This document shows, one piece after another, positions 33,483-46,469 of a stretch of 64,000 nt of DNA. Every line of letters begins with the position of its first letter. The first letter of the stretch is position 1. Origin of the DNA: Felis catus (lineage: Eukaryota). Below the pieces are notes generated by a model. It ran no database searches. It saw only the letters and a program-made list of their open reading frames with translations, and had not been told where the DNA came from. Location of the stretch: the NCBI RefSeq assembly GCF_018350175.1, contig NC_058368.1:75890001-75954000 (forward strand), written 5' to 3'. The position numbers and the translations under genes were made by a program.

Positions 33483-35521
33483 AAATGGTTTTTCAAATGA
33501 ATGTTTAATTAAAAGGTATATACAATCAAATTCAACTATGAAGAAGAGAATACATTAGAGTGCTATTTGAAATTAGAACTTCTGGTAGTTACTGATTTTT
33601 TTTTATCACACATCTATGCCCTTTTCTGGTCACTAAATCCCAGTGTCCTCAGAAGAAAAATGTAAAATCAAATATATACGTTAAAACTATATGCATATAC
33701 ACTATATGAAGATGTATATATGTGTGTATGTTTATGCACACATATCCAAATACATAATGTTAAAAATTTAGTCTAGTCATTGGAAATAAGAAGTTACTAG
33801 TCCCAAAGAGCACTGAAGATACACAAAATTTCTTCCAAACTGTGAGAAGTCGTAATTCATATAAATGACTTGAACATTCAAAAACTGTCATCTAAGGGTC
33901 CTGCCTGTGCTCTAGAAATGTCTATAATAGAGTTTAGTACCTCTTGTGTAATACTGTATGCATTGCATTTTGTTACACTTATTATACAAATTGAAATGAA
34001 TAATAATTTGCAGTTTTACATCCCATGAATATTTTTTAGTATTCTCCCGCAGTAGTTAATATGCTAACCAACTTTACTGAAAGGCATACAGATGTGGAAG
34101 AAATCTATCTGGGGACTTTAATTATCACCTTGTCAAATTCAAATTATTATCTTGTGAGTTCATTTCCATAAAGTATTCCCTTTGCTGTTCCATGATTTAA
34201 CATGTGTCTACTTTTTCTTATCTTATTTGTATCTATCTGGAGGCTCTAATCCTTTCAAAGGAGACACTTCTCTGTCAGATTGTGATCTTTACCATAAAGG
34301 ATTTGGTCCAAAGAAAATTTTTTTAGGAACGCTTGGTTTTGGCAGAAGAAAGGTCTGTACGATGTAGAAGATAGCCTTACTATCAATAATGCCTCACACA
34401 TCAGACTGAAAACTAAGTTCTTACAAATAACATCAACTGCAGGGAGATACTAAAAGAAAGAGACTATGATTTACTAGACATCATTTGAAAGACTGTCATT
34501 GCTACCCGGTAGGTTATGGTAGGATTTGGAAGATTTGCAGTGAGCTACAAGATTAAGCAATGGATAGGTTTGGTCATTTATGCTGAGACATCCCATTTGG
34601 GGGCAGGTGGGAGTAGAGGCAAAAGAAAGAATGAAACACAGGCTTCCCTTCCCTTTTGGAACTCAAAGCATTTCTAGACAGAGGGCGAGGGTGGGGGTGA
34701 GGGTGGGGAGAAGGAAAGGTCAAGGCTTATAGGAGAAAAGAAACTAGTTCATTCCCTGGATCCTTCATAAAGGGTCAGAATTCAACACAGACATTTACTC
34801 AGTCCATTAAGTTGTAAAAGGCTTATCTTGAATCAAAATTGAAAGTTAGTACATGTTTGAAAACACTGGGCAGATTCTCTAATAAGATGGAGGAAAACTA
34901 ATCCCTTGTTTTGACTTTCACGTAATTTTGAAAGCTTTCATTGAAAAGATTTAGTGTTATCAAGTGGCACCCTCAATAATTATTAAAATGTGTTAAAGTA
35001 TATCTTCAAATATTTCAAGAAGCATTGCAGCTAACAACTTCTATTATCACCTGTCATGGGCCCTACCCCCAAAATTTACAAGTGAAAGAATTAAAACCTT
35101 GTACTTTTAACTAATGAGTGGCAATAAATTAGTGGCTGAGAGAACAGCTCATTCGCCATCCAGTCCAAACCCAGAAATGCACCTCCCCTCCACGGGTTTA
35201 TAACAGAGGCTGATTTCCTCACTTAAGAGCATGTTATCAGGATGAGGGTTCAAGACATACTAGAGGGCAGTGAATGCCGAGCAAAGTGTGTTGCATTGAG
35301 GAAAACGCCTCGTACCTCTGAAGAGCGAACCTTAAAATGAATGAAGAAAACCAGCCCAAACCACTTGACTTAGGAAAAAGCAAGTTGGGCGACAGTAACC
35401 ACGACTGTAAACCAGACAAAATCAAGGGAATTATCTTCCCCGGAAAGGACTTCGCCATTAGCACGTCCATTTACTTGATAGCTGCGTTATTAGATATTTA
35501 CTTCAGAAACATACCTGGAGA

Positions 35522-35726
35522 GGGGGTTCCTGGGTGGCTCAGGTGAGCATCTGACTTCTGCTCAGGTCATGATCTCACAGTTCGTGAGTTCGAGCCCTGT
35601 GTCAGGCTTTGTGCTGACAGCTGAGAGCCTAGAACCTGCTTCCATTCTGTCTCCCCCTCTCTTGGCCCCTCCCCCACTCGCACTCTGTTTCTCTCTCTCA
35701 AAAATAAACAAACATTAAAAAAAAAT
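35522..35726 (+). mobile_element. Can-SINE (first of a tandem pair)
   Basis: ggggttcctgggtggctcagg...gttcgagccc...aaaataaacaaacattaaaa. Confidence 0.92.
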
Positions 35727-35729
35727 GTA

Positions 35730-35936
35730 GAGGTGCCTGGGTGGCTCAGGTCATGATCTCGAGGTTTGTGGGTTTGAGTCCTGTGTCGGGCTGCGTGCCG
35801 ACAGCTCAGAGCCTGGAGCCTGCTTCTGATTCTGTGTCTCCCTCTCTCTCTGCCCCTCCCCTACTCGTGCGTGCACGTGTGCTCTCTCCCTCTCTCTCTT
35901 AAATGTAAATAAACACTATTTTTTTTTTAAATTAAA
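35730..35936 (+). mobile_element. Can-SINE (second of the tandem pair, with a head deletion)
   Basis: ggtgcctgggtggctcag joined directly to gtcatgatctc. Confidence 0.92.
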
Positions 35937-37817
35937 AGAAATACATCTGGAGAGAACTCATGTTTAAAGTGATAAATGAAAGTAACAGAAAATACCTGTT
36001 AAATACACAGGATAATCAATAAAAAAGAACTCTACTATTATACAACCCTCTTTTGCCAGTTCTAACAGTCTCTTTCCATGGTCTTTATCAGGCAGAGACA
36101 TGTAAATTTCCACCATCTATTACCTTCTTGCTCTTTCAATAGTTCTTCATTTTGCAAGTATGTTGACTGGCATTTTCTCTGCTTCCTCTCAAGAAGTTGT
36201 CCGATTCTCTCAAACACGGCTGCATTAGTTGCCTTGCGTTGTCTATTTCCGGGCTGCCTTGTCATTAATGAACTCAGACCTCAACAGGTGCAAAAGCTAA
36301 TGTGGTCACCATGGTTGCAAAGGCCACTATGCTAATAAGCCGGCCAACCTCTCTACAAAGTTGTGTATCAGGACCCATGTCAAATTTTAAAAAAACAAAA
36401 CAAAACAAAACACTGTCTTCCCAGCTGAACGCAGACCAACCCAAGGCCACCACTGCAAACAGATTTGTATTTTTTTTCCCCAAAAGGTCCATTTATATGA
36501 ATTCGGGAGACAAATGTATCTTGCTTACATTTTCATACGCTGACCTCCTGCACTTTGCTAATCACATTCCCTTTAAAGAATCCTGCTATCCCCTCCCGCT
36601 CCTTAATCTGTCTGTGCATTGTATTCTTTCTCTTTTCCTTTTCTTGCAAATTTCCAGGACCCTCACTTAATCCCGGTGTGGTCACTCTTGGGTTACCAAG
36701 GGTGAAACCATCGCCCCCACTCTTCTGCAACATGTTACATGTACTGAACGAACCACAGGTGAAATATAAACAAAACAGAGCAGTTAGACCTGCAATCCAC
36801 AACCTTCAGAAAGAAACCACAAGAGTTACAGTGGGTCCCACCGCAATTCATGTGCACAGAACGCTTTTTCACATTCTGAGCAATTACCATTAGTTTAAAA
36901 CTATTTTTATGCGTTTCTAAGAAACTTTGAAACATTTTTCCCCCTATGTTAAATGTAGAGAAAACAATGGCAGGAGGGTACTGAGTTGGAGTAGATCAGG
37001 AACCTAGGGCTACTTTGGAAAGTACTTCTCCTGAGAGGAGCAGAAATGAGGCTTAAACTTTTGAAATTGTTGCAAATTTCCCGCAGCAAAGCAGGGCCAA
37101 AGGGGGTGACGGTGAAGAGTGTGATTTCCTTAATTTAATTTAGCCTTGATAGGCATTTGAGATATTTATCTTCAACTACATCCGAGACTAATAATTACAA
37201 CAAATACAAGCATATACAGCTGAGATAAATAAAAACAGCTGTGGATGCCTCTGAACGTGCAAAAATAATAGAGCTGTCACCTGTGTCTATTTTAAATGAA
37301 AGCTTTGCTAAATGCAGTCCTTTGTAATTCCTAGCCAAGTGGTACTTTCAGGGCACATGTTGGAGAGACAGCAGCGAAATGTTTAATCCACATCCCGAGT
37401 ACTGATAATTTGTAGTTCGCCCCCATTCCTCCGCTCCTGTGTGGGAAAGAGAACCATTGACTTCTGCCAACTGACAAGCAATCAAGCATAAAAAGCCAGT
37501 AGCAGAGGAGCCCATGGAGTAATTCCTGCTAATTCTTTCCCGGGGGATCCTTCTGTAAGGAAGCCATTGATTTTGACTTGTTTAGGTGGATTTTTCCAAA
37601 GTGGTCCCTTTAAAAGAAAGTTAATATGCTAGACTATGTCAGATAAGGAACTCAAATTAAATTGCATGACAAGGGTACAATGAATCAGACTTCTCAAGCT
37701 GTCCAAGCAGAAATTTTGCCTTGGGATTTGTTTTAAGGAGGTTTAAGGCAAATGGTGGACAGAAAAAGTACAAACGTTTTTTTCTTAGTTCTCATTTGTG
37801 ACCGAAGAATGATTTTT

Positions 37818-38037
37818 TTAAAAAAAATTCTTTTAATGTTTATTTATTTTTGAGACAGAGAGAGACAGAGCATGAACAGGGGAGGGGCAGAGAGAGAGGG
37901 AGACACAGAATCTGAAGCAGGCTCCAGGCTCCAAGCCCTTGGCACAGAGCCCGACGCGGGGCTTGAACCCACAAACCGTGAGATCATGACCAGAGCCACA
38001 GTCGGATGCCCAACCGACTGAGCCACTCAGGCATCCC
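37818..38037 (-). mobile_element. Can-SINE
   Basis: Reverse body; degenerate TSD tgacc...atgatttt. Confidence 0.95.
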
Positions 38038-38579
38038 TGACCCAGGGATGATTTTAAATTAAGTATAGGATGAAGATAACTCTAAGTAGTAAATATAAAT
38101 AACAGTATTGTTACATTTTATACTTTAAAGAAAAAAAAATCAACCTAAGAGCAAACATTATGAGTAACTCTATTTGTACAGTTCGAGCGAGGGAAGCCTG
38201 CTAAGGGATATTTGAAAGAAAAACAACAAGGCTCTAGTGAAAAAGCAAAGACTAAAATAAATAACAACTGAAGGAAAAAAGCAATGCCATTTTCATCCAT
38301 ATGTGCCTCTGGGATATAAGCAAATGTTCCAATTAAATACATTTAAGGAGATTTAAGTTTTGTAGTCTCTTATAAATTATGGATTGTTCCCCTTCATGCC
38401 TATAAGAGGACCCCCACAAAGTGCTCTCGGCCATGGCCGTGGCTGGGTTAGCTCAGGACAGGGAGGGCACCAGTAAACTGAGGTTTGCCAGAAGCTGGTA
38501 AATAAGGCATAGAGAGCAGGTGCCGTGACAACACTAGGGAAGTGACAATACTTCTCTCACCTGTAGCATCACGGAGTCA

Positions 38580-38810
38580 CTTGTATTAACAGTAGCCATG
38601 ATTTATTGGTTATACCACATGCCAGCCATTATGACAAGTGATTTGTTTATTCCTCACAATAATATCAGCATATAGGGTACTATGATTTTCCCTATTATAC
38701 AGACAAAGACAATGAACCACCGAGACGTTGTGTCAACGTGTTCAGTGTGAAACAGCTATGAAGTAGTAGAACTTGGATGTCAAAGCCCCAGGACATCCAA
38801 GTTCCCACAC
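38580..38810 (-). mobile_element. MIR
   Basis: atttattggttataccacatgccag...tttattcctcacaataat...cctattatacagacaaagacaatga. Confidence 0.7.
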
Positions 38811-38823
38811 GTAAGCATGAAAA

Positions 38824-39144
38824 CAGCCATTTTTGAAGTGTGGTCCGTGGGGTAGTAGCATCAGCATCATGTGAGAACTTGTTAGAAATGGACATTCTGG
38901 GACCCCACATAATCTGATTAGAAATACAGGAAATGGGGCAGTGCCTGGATGGCTCAGCTGGTTAAGCGTCCAACTCTTGGTTTCTACTCAGGTCATGATC
39001 TCGTGGTTCAAGAGTTCGAGCCCCACCTCGGGCTCTGTGCTGACAGCATGGAGCCTGTTTGGGATTGTCTCTCTCCCTCCCTCTCTCTCTCTCTCTCTGC
39101 ATGCAAGCACTGTCTTTCTCTCTCTCTCAAAATAAATAAATAAA

Positions 39145-39179
<35 letters not shown>

Positions 39180-39258
39180 AGAAAGAGAAAGAAATGCTGG
39201 AAGGGAAGCCTAGAAACCAGCCACGTGATTCTGAGACCCCTTATAATTTGAGAACTGG
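38824..39258. mobile_element. MER5A-like hAT-Charlie fossil interrupted by a SINE
   Basis: aagtgtggtcc...gcatcagcatcatgtgagaacttgttagaaatg...; resumes with gtgattctgaga...tttgagaactgg. Confidence 0.8.
38935..39175 (+). mobile_element. Can-SINE
   Basis: ggggcagtgcctggatggctcagctggttaagcgtcc; tail followed by a long T-run. Confidence 0.92.
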
Positions 39259-39813
39259 CCTCAGTTTCACTACCAAGTACAGTGTAATTCCGGAAACTTG
39301 TGATTTTATAAGTGTTCACTCAACCAACTGAAATGGCTCTTCATTCAATGACATGCCCAGTAGGCTGGGCTTATTTGCAAGTTAGTGTAATTCTTACCAA
39401 TCTTATCACTGAATTAGTGATACCGATTGCTTTGTAGGGACACGATCCATTAGAAAGAAAAGAAGATGTCCCTTTAGAGGGCACAAATAATAACAGATAA
39501 ATAAAAGACATCAAACATGGACTTTTAAAATGCATTATATTTTCTACGCTTTTGTCACTCCAGATGGATCACATGCTGCAGGATATTTGCCAACTAGCAA
39601 TATAAAGAAAAAGAATATCCACTGATATAGCTTTCCTAACAAAATATCGTACGTGGAAAGCAACTGAAAAATAAGCCAAGTGGATACTAGCTGCTAGAGT
39701 TGCGCAAATGACGCAGTTAGTTCCTCTCCGAATTCACCTCGCTACTTTGGTTCACATGTGAAATCAGACTTCTAGACATCAGTATTTTCAAATGTGTTTA
39801 AAATAGACAAAGA

Positions 39814-40045
39814 GCAGGCACCTGGGTGGCTCAGTAGGTTAAGCGTCCGACTGCGGCTCAGGTCATGATCTCGCGGTCTGTGAGTTCAAGCCTCACGTCA
39901 GGCTCTGTGCTGATGGCTCGGAGCCTGGAGCCTGCTTCGGGTTCTGTGTCTCCTTCTCTCTCTCTGCCCCTCCCCTGCTCACTCTCTATCTCTCTCCCTC
40001 TCTCTCTCAAAATAAACATTAAAAAAAAAAGTTAAATTTTTTTTT
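39814..40045 (+). mobile_element. Can-SINE
   Basis: ggcacctgggtggctcagtaggttaagcgtccgact... Confidence 0.94.
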
Positions 40046-40325
40046 TAATGTTTACATTTTGCTAAACCTTTCAAAGTTCAAACAGGTTGGTCCAAGGATC
40101 TCATCCAGCGTACAGAATTGTTTTGTAAATATTGCAATGACTTCATCATCACACCTTCTCTTTTTTACACACATCTGACTGCATTTCATATTTCTGTGCA
40201 CACACTGTGACTTTAACGATATGCTACATTGGGAAGTTTCCAGTGGCTTATAATTTTGAACCACAAAAGCAAATCTTCCTCAAATTAAAAAAAAAAAAAA
40301 AGAGGGGGGATTCTTTACAAGTAAA

Positions 40326-40635
40326 AATCCCACGGTCTATTTCCAGGAGCTTGCCTATTTTAGGTACTTCACGTAAGTGGAATCATGAGGTATCTGTCAT
40401 TTCGTGACCCTCTTATTTCACTTAGCAAAGTTTCCTCCAAGTTCATCTATTCAGAAGCTGCAGAGGAAATGGAGAGTTGCTGTTCAATGGCTCCAAGCTT
40501 CTGTTATGCAAGACGAGTAAGTTCTAAAGAGCTGGTGTACCACTTTATCCCTATATTTAACAATACTGTATTGTTCCCTTAAAACTTAGTTGAAAGGGTA
40601 GATCTCATGTTAAAATGTTGTTACTCCAATCCAAT
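40326..40635 (+). mobile_element. L1MA-type 3' end with an inverted 5' segment (40326-40450 is on the - strand)
   Basis: Minus part: gtggaatcatgaggtatctgtcattt...cttatttcacttagcaaag; plus part: gaaatggagagttgctgttcaatgg...gggtagatctcatgttaa. Confidence 0.8.
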
Positions 40636-40959
40636 CAAAATTCTCTTGGAACTTTTTCATTTCAATAATGCCTCTCTGGAAGTTGACTCGGGTGGAGAAT
40701 AAACTCAACTGACAAGTCTCAGGACACCTGCCTCTGGAGACTCAGTAAAAATCGTTGAAAAAGATTTGTGTGATGGTCACACAGACATCATAAAATGCAG
40801 TATGAGGAACCGCCTCTGAAGCAAGACAGGTTAGCAATAAAGTAGCAACTCAAATTTCCAGGAATATGGACAAGACAGGAGGATGCATCTGATAGACCAA
40901 ACTCACTTCTTTTCTTGAGAAGCCATTCCCTTTGGCAAGGGTGATTACTGGGCTTCAGC

Positions 40960-41510
40960 TGTGACACTCTTGCCTTTCACCTGAGCCTATGCATATATTT
41001 GGCATATAAATTAAGAAAACCCACAACCCTCTCCTCCCCATCTTCATCATTGGCAAGTACATCCCAGCATTAGAACACCTCCCTCCCACTACTGATGCCC
41101 CATTAGGGCCATGGCGTGCATCCCACGCTCTGCCAATCACCTGCCCACCAGCTAGCAAAGCAGGGAGGCCATTCCTCGGAAATGGCAAATTTCGGGTGGA
41201 GGCACCAGCCATGGTTCCTCAGTGGCTCAACTGGCACCCTTGTTGCCCCGAAGTTTGGATTTTGGTCTGGTTCTCGGCCCCAGTCTTCTGGTCTCCCTGT
41301 CATGTGCAGCTTTCTATCTGTGAAATCCCCAATATCCTTTCAATATATTGCATATATTCAATATATTGAATTCAATTCAAAATGCAATTCAATATATTGC
41401 ATCCTTTCCATATATCCTTTCAATATATTTCAATATATTCCCAAGGAAACTGGCCAGGGATAGTTTTTAATGTCTGTAACCATTTATGGTTTTCATGTCT
41501 GCAACCAAGT
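40960..41510 (+). mobile_element. ERVL LTR (LTR33-like), degraded
   Basis: tgtgaaatccccaatatcctttcaata...actggccagggatagttttt...tgtaacca resembles the LTR33 3' end; the 5' boundary is uncertain. Confidence 0.5.
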
Positions 41511-41957
41511 AATGTTTCGTTGGAACTAAAATTGTTCCTCAGTAAACTGTAGTCGGTGGGGGTAGGGGTGCCTTTTGCTGTGTCTTGGCATTCTGGAACG
41601 TGTGCACAAGTCGAATTAAAGTTTTCATTCTGGTGGATCACAGGAAGAAAATGATTGCTTTTCCAGAGAGCTCCTGCAAACACGGATGCATGGAGGGGTC
41701 TTTGTGGTTCCTCTTCACAGGCTGTGTCAGGCACCGTCTCTGGAACGTAGGTCATTAAATGTTACCCAGGATTACTTGCAAATAGCCTAACCTTTGCAGA
41801 ATTGTACTTGCAAATGCTTCCAGGGAGTTGTATACATCGTGAAACTTCAGTTATGTAACTTCTTCCCACTTTGCAAACTAAGTTCCCATAATTACAATTC
41901 TTGACCCTTTGATAAATATCTGGTTTTATATCTCAAGTATCCATCTCTTGCTTTCTT

Positions 41958-42179
41958 TTTTTTTTTTTAATTTTTTTAACGTTTATTTATTTTGAGACAC
42001 AGAGAGACAGAGCATGAACAGGGGAGGGGCGGAGAGAGAGGGAGACACAGAATCTGAAACGGGCTCCAGGCTCTGAGATGTCAGCACAGAGCCCGACGCG
42101 GGGCTCGAACCCACGGACCGTGAGATCGTGACCTGAGCCAAAGTCGGACGCTTAACCGACCGAGCCACCCAGGCGCCCC
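41958..42179 (-). mobile_element. Can-SINE, young
   Basis: CpG-rich; TSD atctcttgctttctt at 41943-41957 and 42180-42194. Confidence 0.97.
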
Positions 42180-43597
42180 ATCTCTTGCTTTCTTAACACC
42201 AAATATGACTAAAGTGGCTGTAACGAGGCTCTATTTTTCATCAACAATTGGTACCTCATCTTTCCATCCCCGCGGGAAAAAAATGTAATTACAACAAAGC
42301 AAAAATGCTGTTCGTGACGATAAATAAGTAAAACAGTAAAAACGTGTGCCATCTTCTCTCTCAGGCTGGGGATGAATAATCGAAGAAGTTATGATAAAGC
42401 ACTTTGCAAATATAAAGTGGAAGAAAAATTTTAAACTATGGCAATAGTTTCACTTGCCTGAGACTCCACGGGGGATCCCTTTATTCCGGTTTCTATAATT
42501 TCAGGAGGTTCCTGCGGCTTTACTACCATGCACAGTAACGTTTATAGGAATCCTATGATGAATTCCTCACCACATTGTGCTATTTTTTTTTCCTAGGATT
42601 TCAGATTTCTCTGTCCCATGAGGAAACTGTTGGCAGATGATGTTTCCGTGCGCAAGCTTTCCTTTATTTGCAGGTTCCTGATATCTTAGCCTTCCCTTAA
42701 AAGCTAACCTGGAAGGTGGCACCTTTCAAAGACATCCACATAGAAAGTTCCAGTTCCTTTCAAGTTCCTCTCTTTTTAGTAGCTTCCCAGTGGTCAAAGA
42801 GGTAAGTACTCTGCCGGAAGCAAAGTTGTGAGAGCAAAGGGCAGGGGCAAAGGCCACCCAGATATTTTATCCCATGATCCACCCCCCCCCCATGGCTCAA
42901 GCTTACCGAGGAGAGGGTGCTGACCAGCCGAGCCGGCGGGACTGGGTGGCCCCGCTCACCTGCTCTCTTTTCTCATACAGCTATCAGAAAAGAAAGGCAT
43001 AGCGTAATTTGCTAATGCATACTAGATGCGTCCATTTACGTTACAGGGCAAAGTTTTCTTTTTCTCTCCCACTTTGTGGTTCATTTATTTAGCTCAATGT
43101 CTTCATCGGCAGAAAAATGCAGAGATGTGTATTTAATCACGGGGAAGATTAAAGTCAAAACTTAAAATGTAATTTTTCTGATAATGTGTCATTGTTAAAA
43201 TTACCTCAGTGTTCCTCTATGTGTGTGGATAATTACGCGTGGTACTATGCTGTATGTAGACAGCCTGTAGTCTCAATTAAATATTATAACTACTTAATGA
43301 AAGGCAACAGGGATTTTTGCAGTTAGTAATTATCACCATAACCTGGAATTGAAACTCTCAATTCACCCTCAGACTGCTTAATAAGTTGGAAAATGAAATG
43401 GCTGTGGCCCTTAGGTCTCTGAGGAAACTTTTCATGAGACAAGAATAATTGTAGCAGGACAAGCATTTCCTATAATTGTTTTGGTAAAAGCATGGAAAGG
43501 TATTTTTGGTATTTTTTTTTCCCCACCTTCATCCTTTTCCCTGGTACTGTAACAATGTATTATCTGACATTTAGAATGATCATTATTATCCTTGGTA

Positions 43598-43865
43598 TAT
43601 ATGATTATATGATTATATATGATTATATATGATTATATAATATGTATAATATGTATACATATTTATAATATGTATGTATAATATGTATACATATATAACA
43701 TGTATAATATGATTATATATGATTATATAATATGTATAATATGTATACATATTTATAATATGTATGTATGTATGTATAATATGTATACATATATAATATG
43801 TATAATATGATTATATGATTATATATGATTATATAATATGATTATATGATTATATCATATATAAT
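43598..43865. repeat. AT-rich compound minisatellite (atgattat / ataatatgt units)
   Basis: Reiterated tatgattata and ataatatgtat motifs with a larger internal repeat. Confidence 0.9.
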
Positions 43866-45284
43866 ATGATTATTATTATCCTTGGTAAATTAAAAGTGCT
43901 CCTTTTCCAATAATCCACAGGTTTTTAGGCTGAAAAAGTAGACATATTATAGATTAATTGGGTTTTTTTTTCTTCATAGAAAATGAAACAATAAGTATAG
44001 TATATGTATAAAGTGAGCATAAGCTTAAATTCAAGGTGAAGCATTTTGGAAACGAGAGGACAATAATTTAATGGTAAGTTCTTATATCTTTTGCTTTCAC
44101 AATAATCATATTACACATTTTAAAGTACAGCACATCATCCTTTTGAAAAACCAAAAACAAAAAGGTGCTTTAAAATAGGATTTCCACAATTCTTTTTAGG
44201 ATATAGTTCCTCTTAAACTCTCATAGAATTCATGAATGAAACAAATTTAAGAGTATCCAGTATTCAATCCCATAACCCATTCCCAAACTCTTTTGACCTA
44301 ATCACAGATTAAGATGCTGCTTCATAAAAAAGTTCCATAAACACCAAAACGAACCTGAAAGTAATACAAGTTTTGAAGACTGGAACAATTCTCTCAATAT
44401 CGAATTAGCGGGTTAATTAATGTAGCCTCTGATCTGTCCCTCAGTCTACAATCATCTGCCTTAGACTTTCCATTGTAAGGCAGAGGCCTCTCTGACCTCA
44501 GCCAATGGGCTGGGCCACTTTGGTGACCAAAGGAAGCAGAGCTTTTGGCCAAACATCTGACCTGATGGACACATGCGAACAGCACAGAACAATCGTGCCC
44601 GGAAGTTTCTACACTAACACTTTGCCACTTCTCCGTGGGCTGGTAGGTTTATAACTGAACTTGATATTTCTAACTTACAAGGGAGTGTTTTTACTTTTCC
44701 TTTTAATTCTTTCAAGGACTCTAGCCTCACTGTCTTTTCATATTTCCGATCAATTCAGGATATATGCATATGTAATTGTTGTTCTACTCCTCTCGAACTT
44801 ACAGCCGTTCGTGACCTTCTGTTTCGTGTGCCTTATTCTCTCAGTTATTAAGCTTGTGGATTTTGTGAGTAAGATTTTCCCACTAACCATGTTCTTATGC
44901 ATTTCCTGAAAGCTTTTATGCTATACAGAAACAAAAATTCTAACTGGTGATATTGTGATTTGGGCTATTTTTAAAGAAACAGCAAGGAAACAAACAGGAA
45001 TAGGGGACGCTACATGATGTAGTAGGAAAAGGCCTGAACTAGATGGGGGATGATGGAACGTCTTCAGGAATCATAGCCCTGGAGCCAAAAGGAGGTGAAC
45101 AAAAGTGGCCCCCTACCATTTGGTGGAAATGTGGTCAGGGAGTGTCCTGTGTCTCTTGGGAGGAAGGTCTATCTGGCCTCTCCTTGCACGAGGCCCATTT
45201 TGAATATTTTTAAGTATAATCTTTTTGGGCTGGTGTTGTCATAGACTGAATGATTCGGGCCAAATCCCTTCACCAACGTGCATC

Positions 45285-45435
45285 TCCCTTTCCAGCTATG
45301 ATGCTGGACTGTTAATACCCATCAAGCCTATTTCCTGGGATAATCGCGGTGAATGCACGAGATGACTTTTCTGATTTCCTCTCATGAACTATAAGCACAC
45401 GGCATGTGCAAAGCGTCGTTAATAATAAATGGTGA
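45285..45435 (+). mobile_element. MIR fragment
   Basis: cctttccagctatga...cctatttcctggga...agcacacggcatgtg...aataaatggtga. Confidence 0.45.
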
Positions 45436-46469
45436 ATACTCGAATCTTGCATCAATCTCACCTACCAGCATTAGAATGGAAATGTGCGATATTTAAACTT
45501 AAGCCAAAGATGACTTATTTCCTTCAAGTTTCAGCTGGATGCGTATGCATTCCAGATTAAATGGTTTATTTCACAAGGAAAATAAACCTCATGTCAAGCT
45601 TTGTAGGCAATCGAATTTCAAAGGAGCATACTTTTTAGTGGAGGAATGCATTTTTGAGAGCTTACTGGAACACTATCAATAATAACTAGAACTATTAAGG
45701 GTAGAAATAGCTAAAACGTGATTCTAAGAATTTTAAATATTGACGATGAACATCATAGGACAAAAATAGGACAAAAATGACCCAGCATGGCAAACGTGGA
45801 AACAGGAACAGAAATACACGCAAATGAAACAGACAAGGAGGACAGATAAAAGATTTCAGCCAAAACTGACAAGAGGATAGGAGCCCGGTCCTATTTCCAG
45901 CCAAGGAAATTACCTGGATTAATAGGATTTGCTATACCTCAGTGAGACACTCTTGCCTTGAACTTCTCCATTTCTTGCCCTCCTCCTCACAAAGCTACAA
46001 AGTATGTATAGTCAGTCAAGTGGTCGGGACTGCATTATTTTTATTTAGCTTTCATCATTTTCACAGCGTTCCTTTTCTAGTAAAGCTGGAATGTATTCAT
46101 TATAATAAATGGATATTTAAAATTGTATTTCCCCAACCATCATCTAATAAAGTCCTTAAACATTGGTTTAACTACTCAATGCTAAATCAACAGTGTTCTT
46201 AATATTTATTTAACCTGGAAAATGAGCAAAGATACAATCGGAAATCAATTACCTCCTCTCCACTGCCTACTCAGCCCCCGCCCGCTCTGAGGGGCAAACC
46301 CCTGCTTCTGAATGAACACAGAGTAGATCCCACGTCTGAGGGGCTCACTCCCAGGTATTGAAGAGTCCACCAGTCACTTTGATTCCCAAGAATCATCTCA
46401 TTTCATTAATTACAATTCGTTGTACTCCCTAAGAATTAAGATACCAGTATTTGTTTAAAATTACCTTCA

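Noticed and set aside
34683..34708. Canonical G-quadruplex motif
   Set aside because: Single short motif of a very common type with no promoter or CpG-island context.
43598..43865. CRISPR-like or other repeat-spacer array
   Set aside because: Low-complexity units without unique spacers, no cas genes, and the DNA is mammalian.
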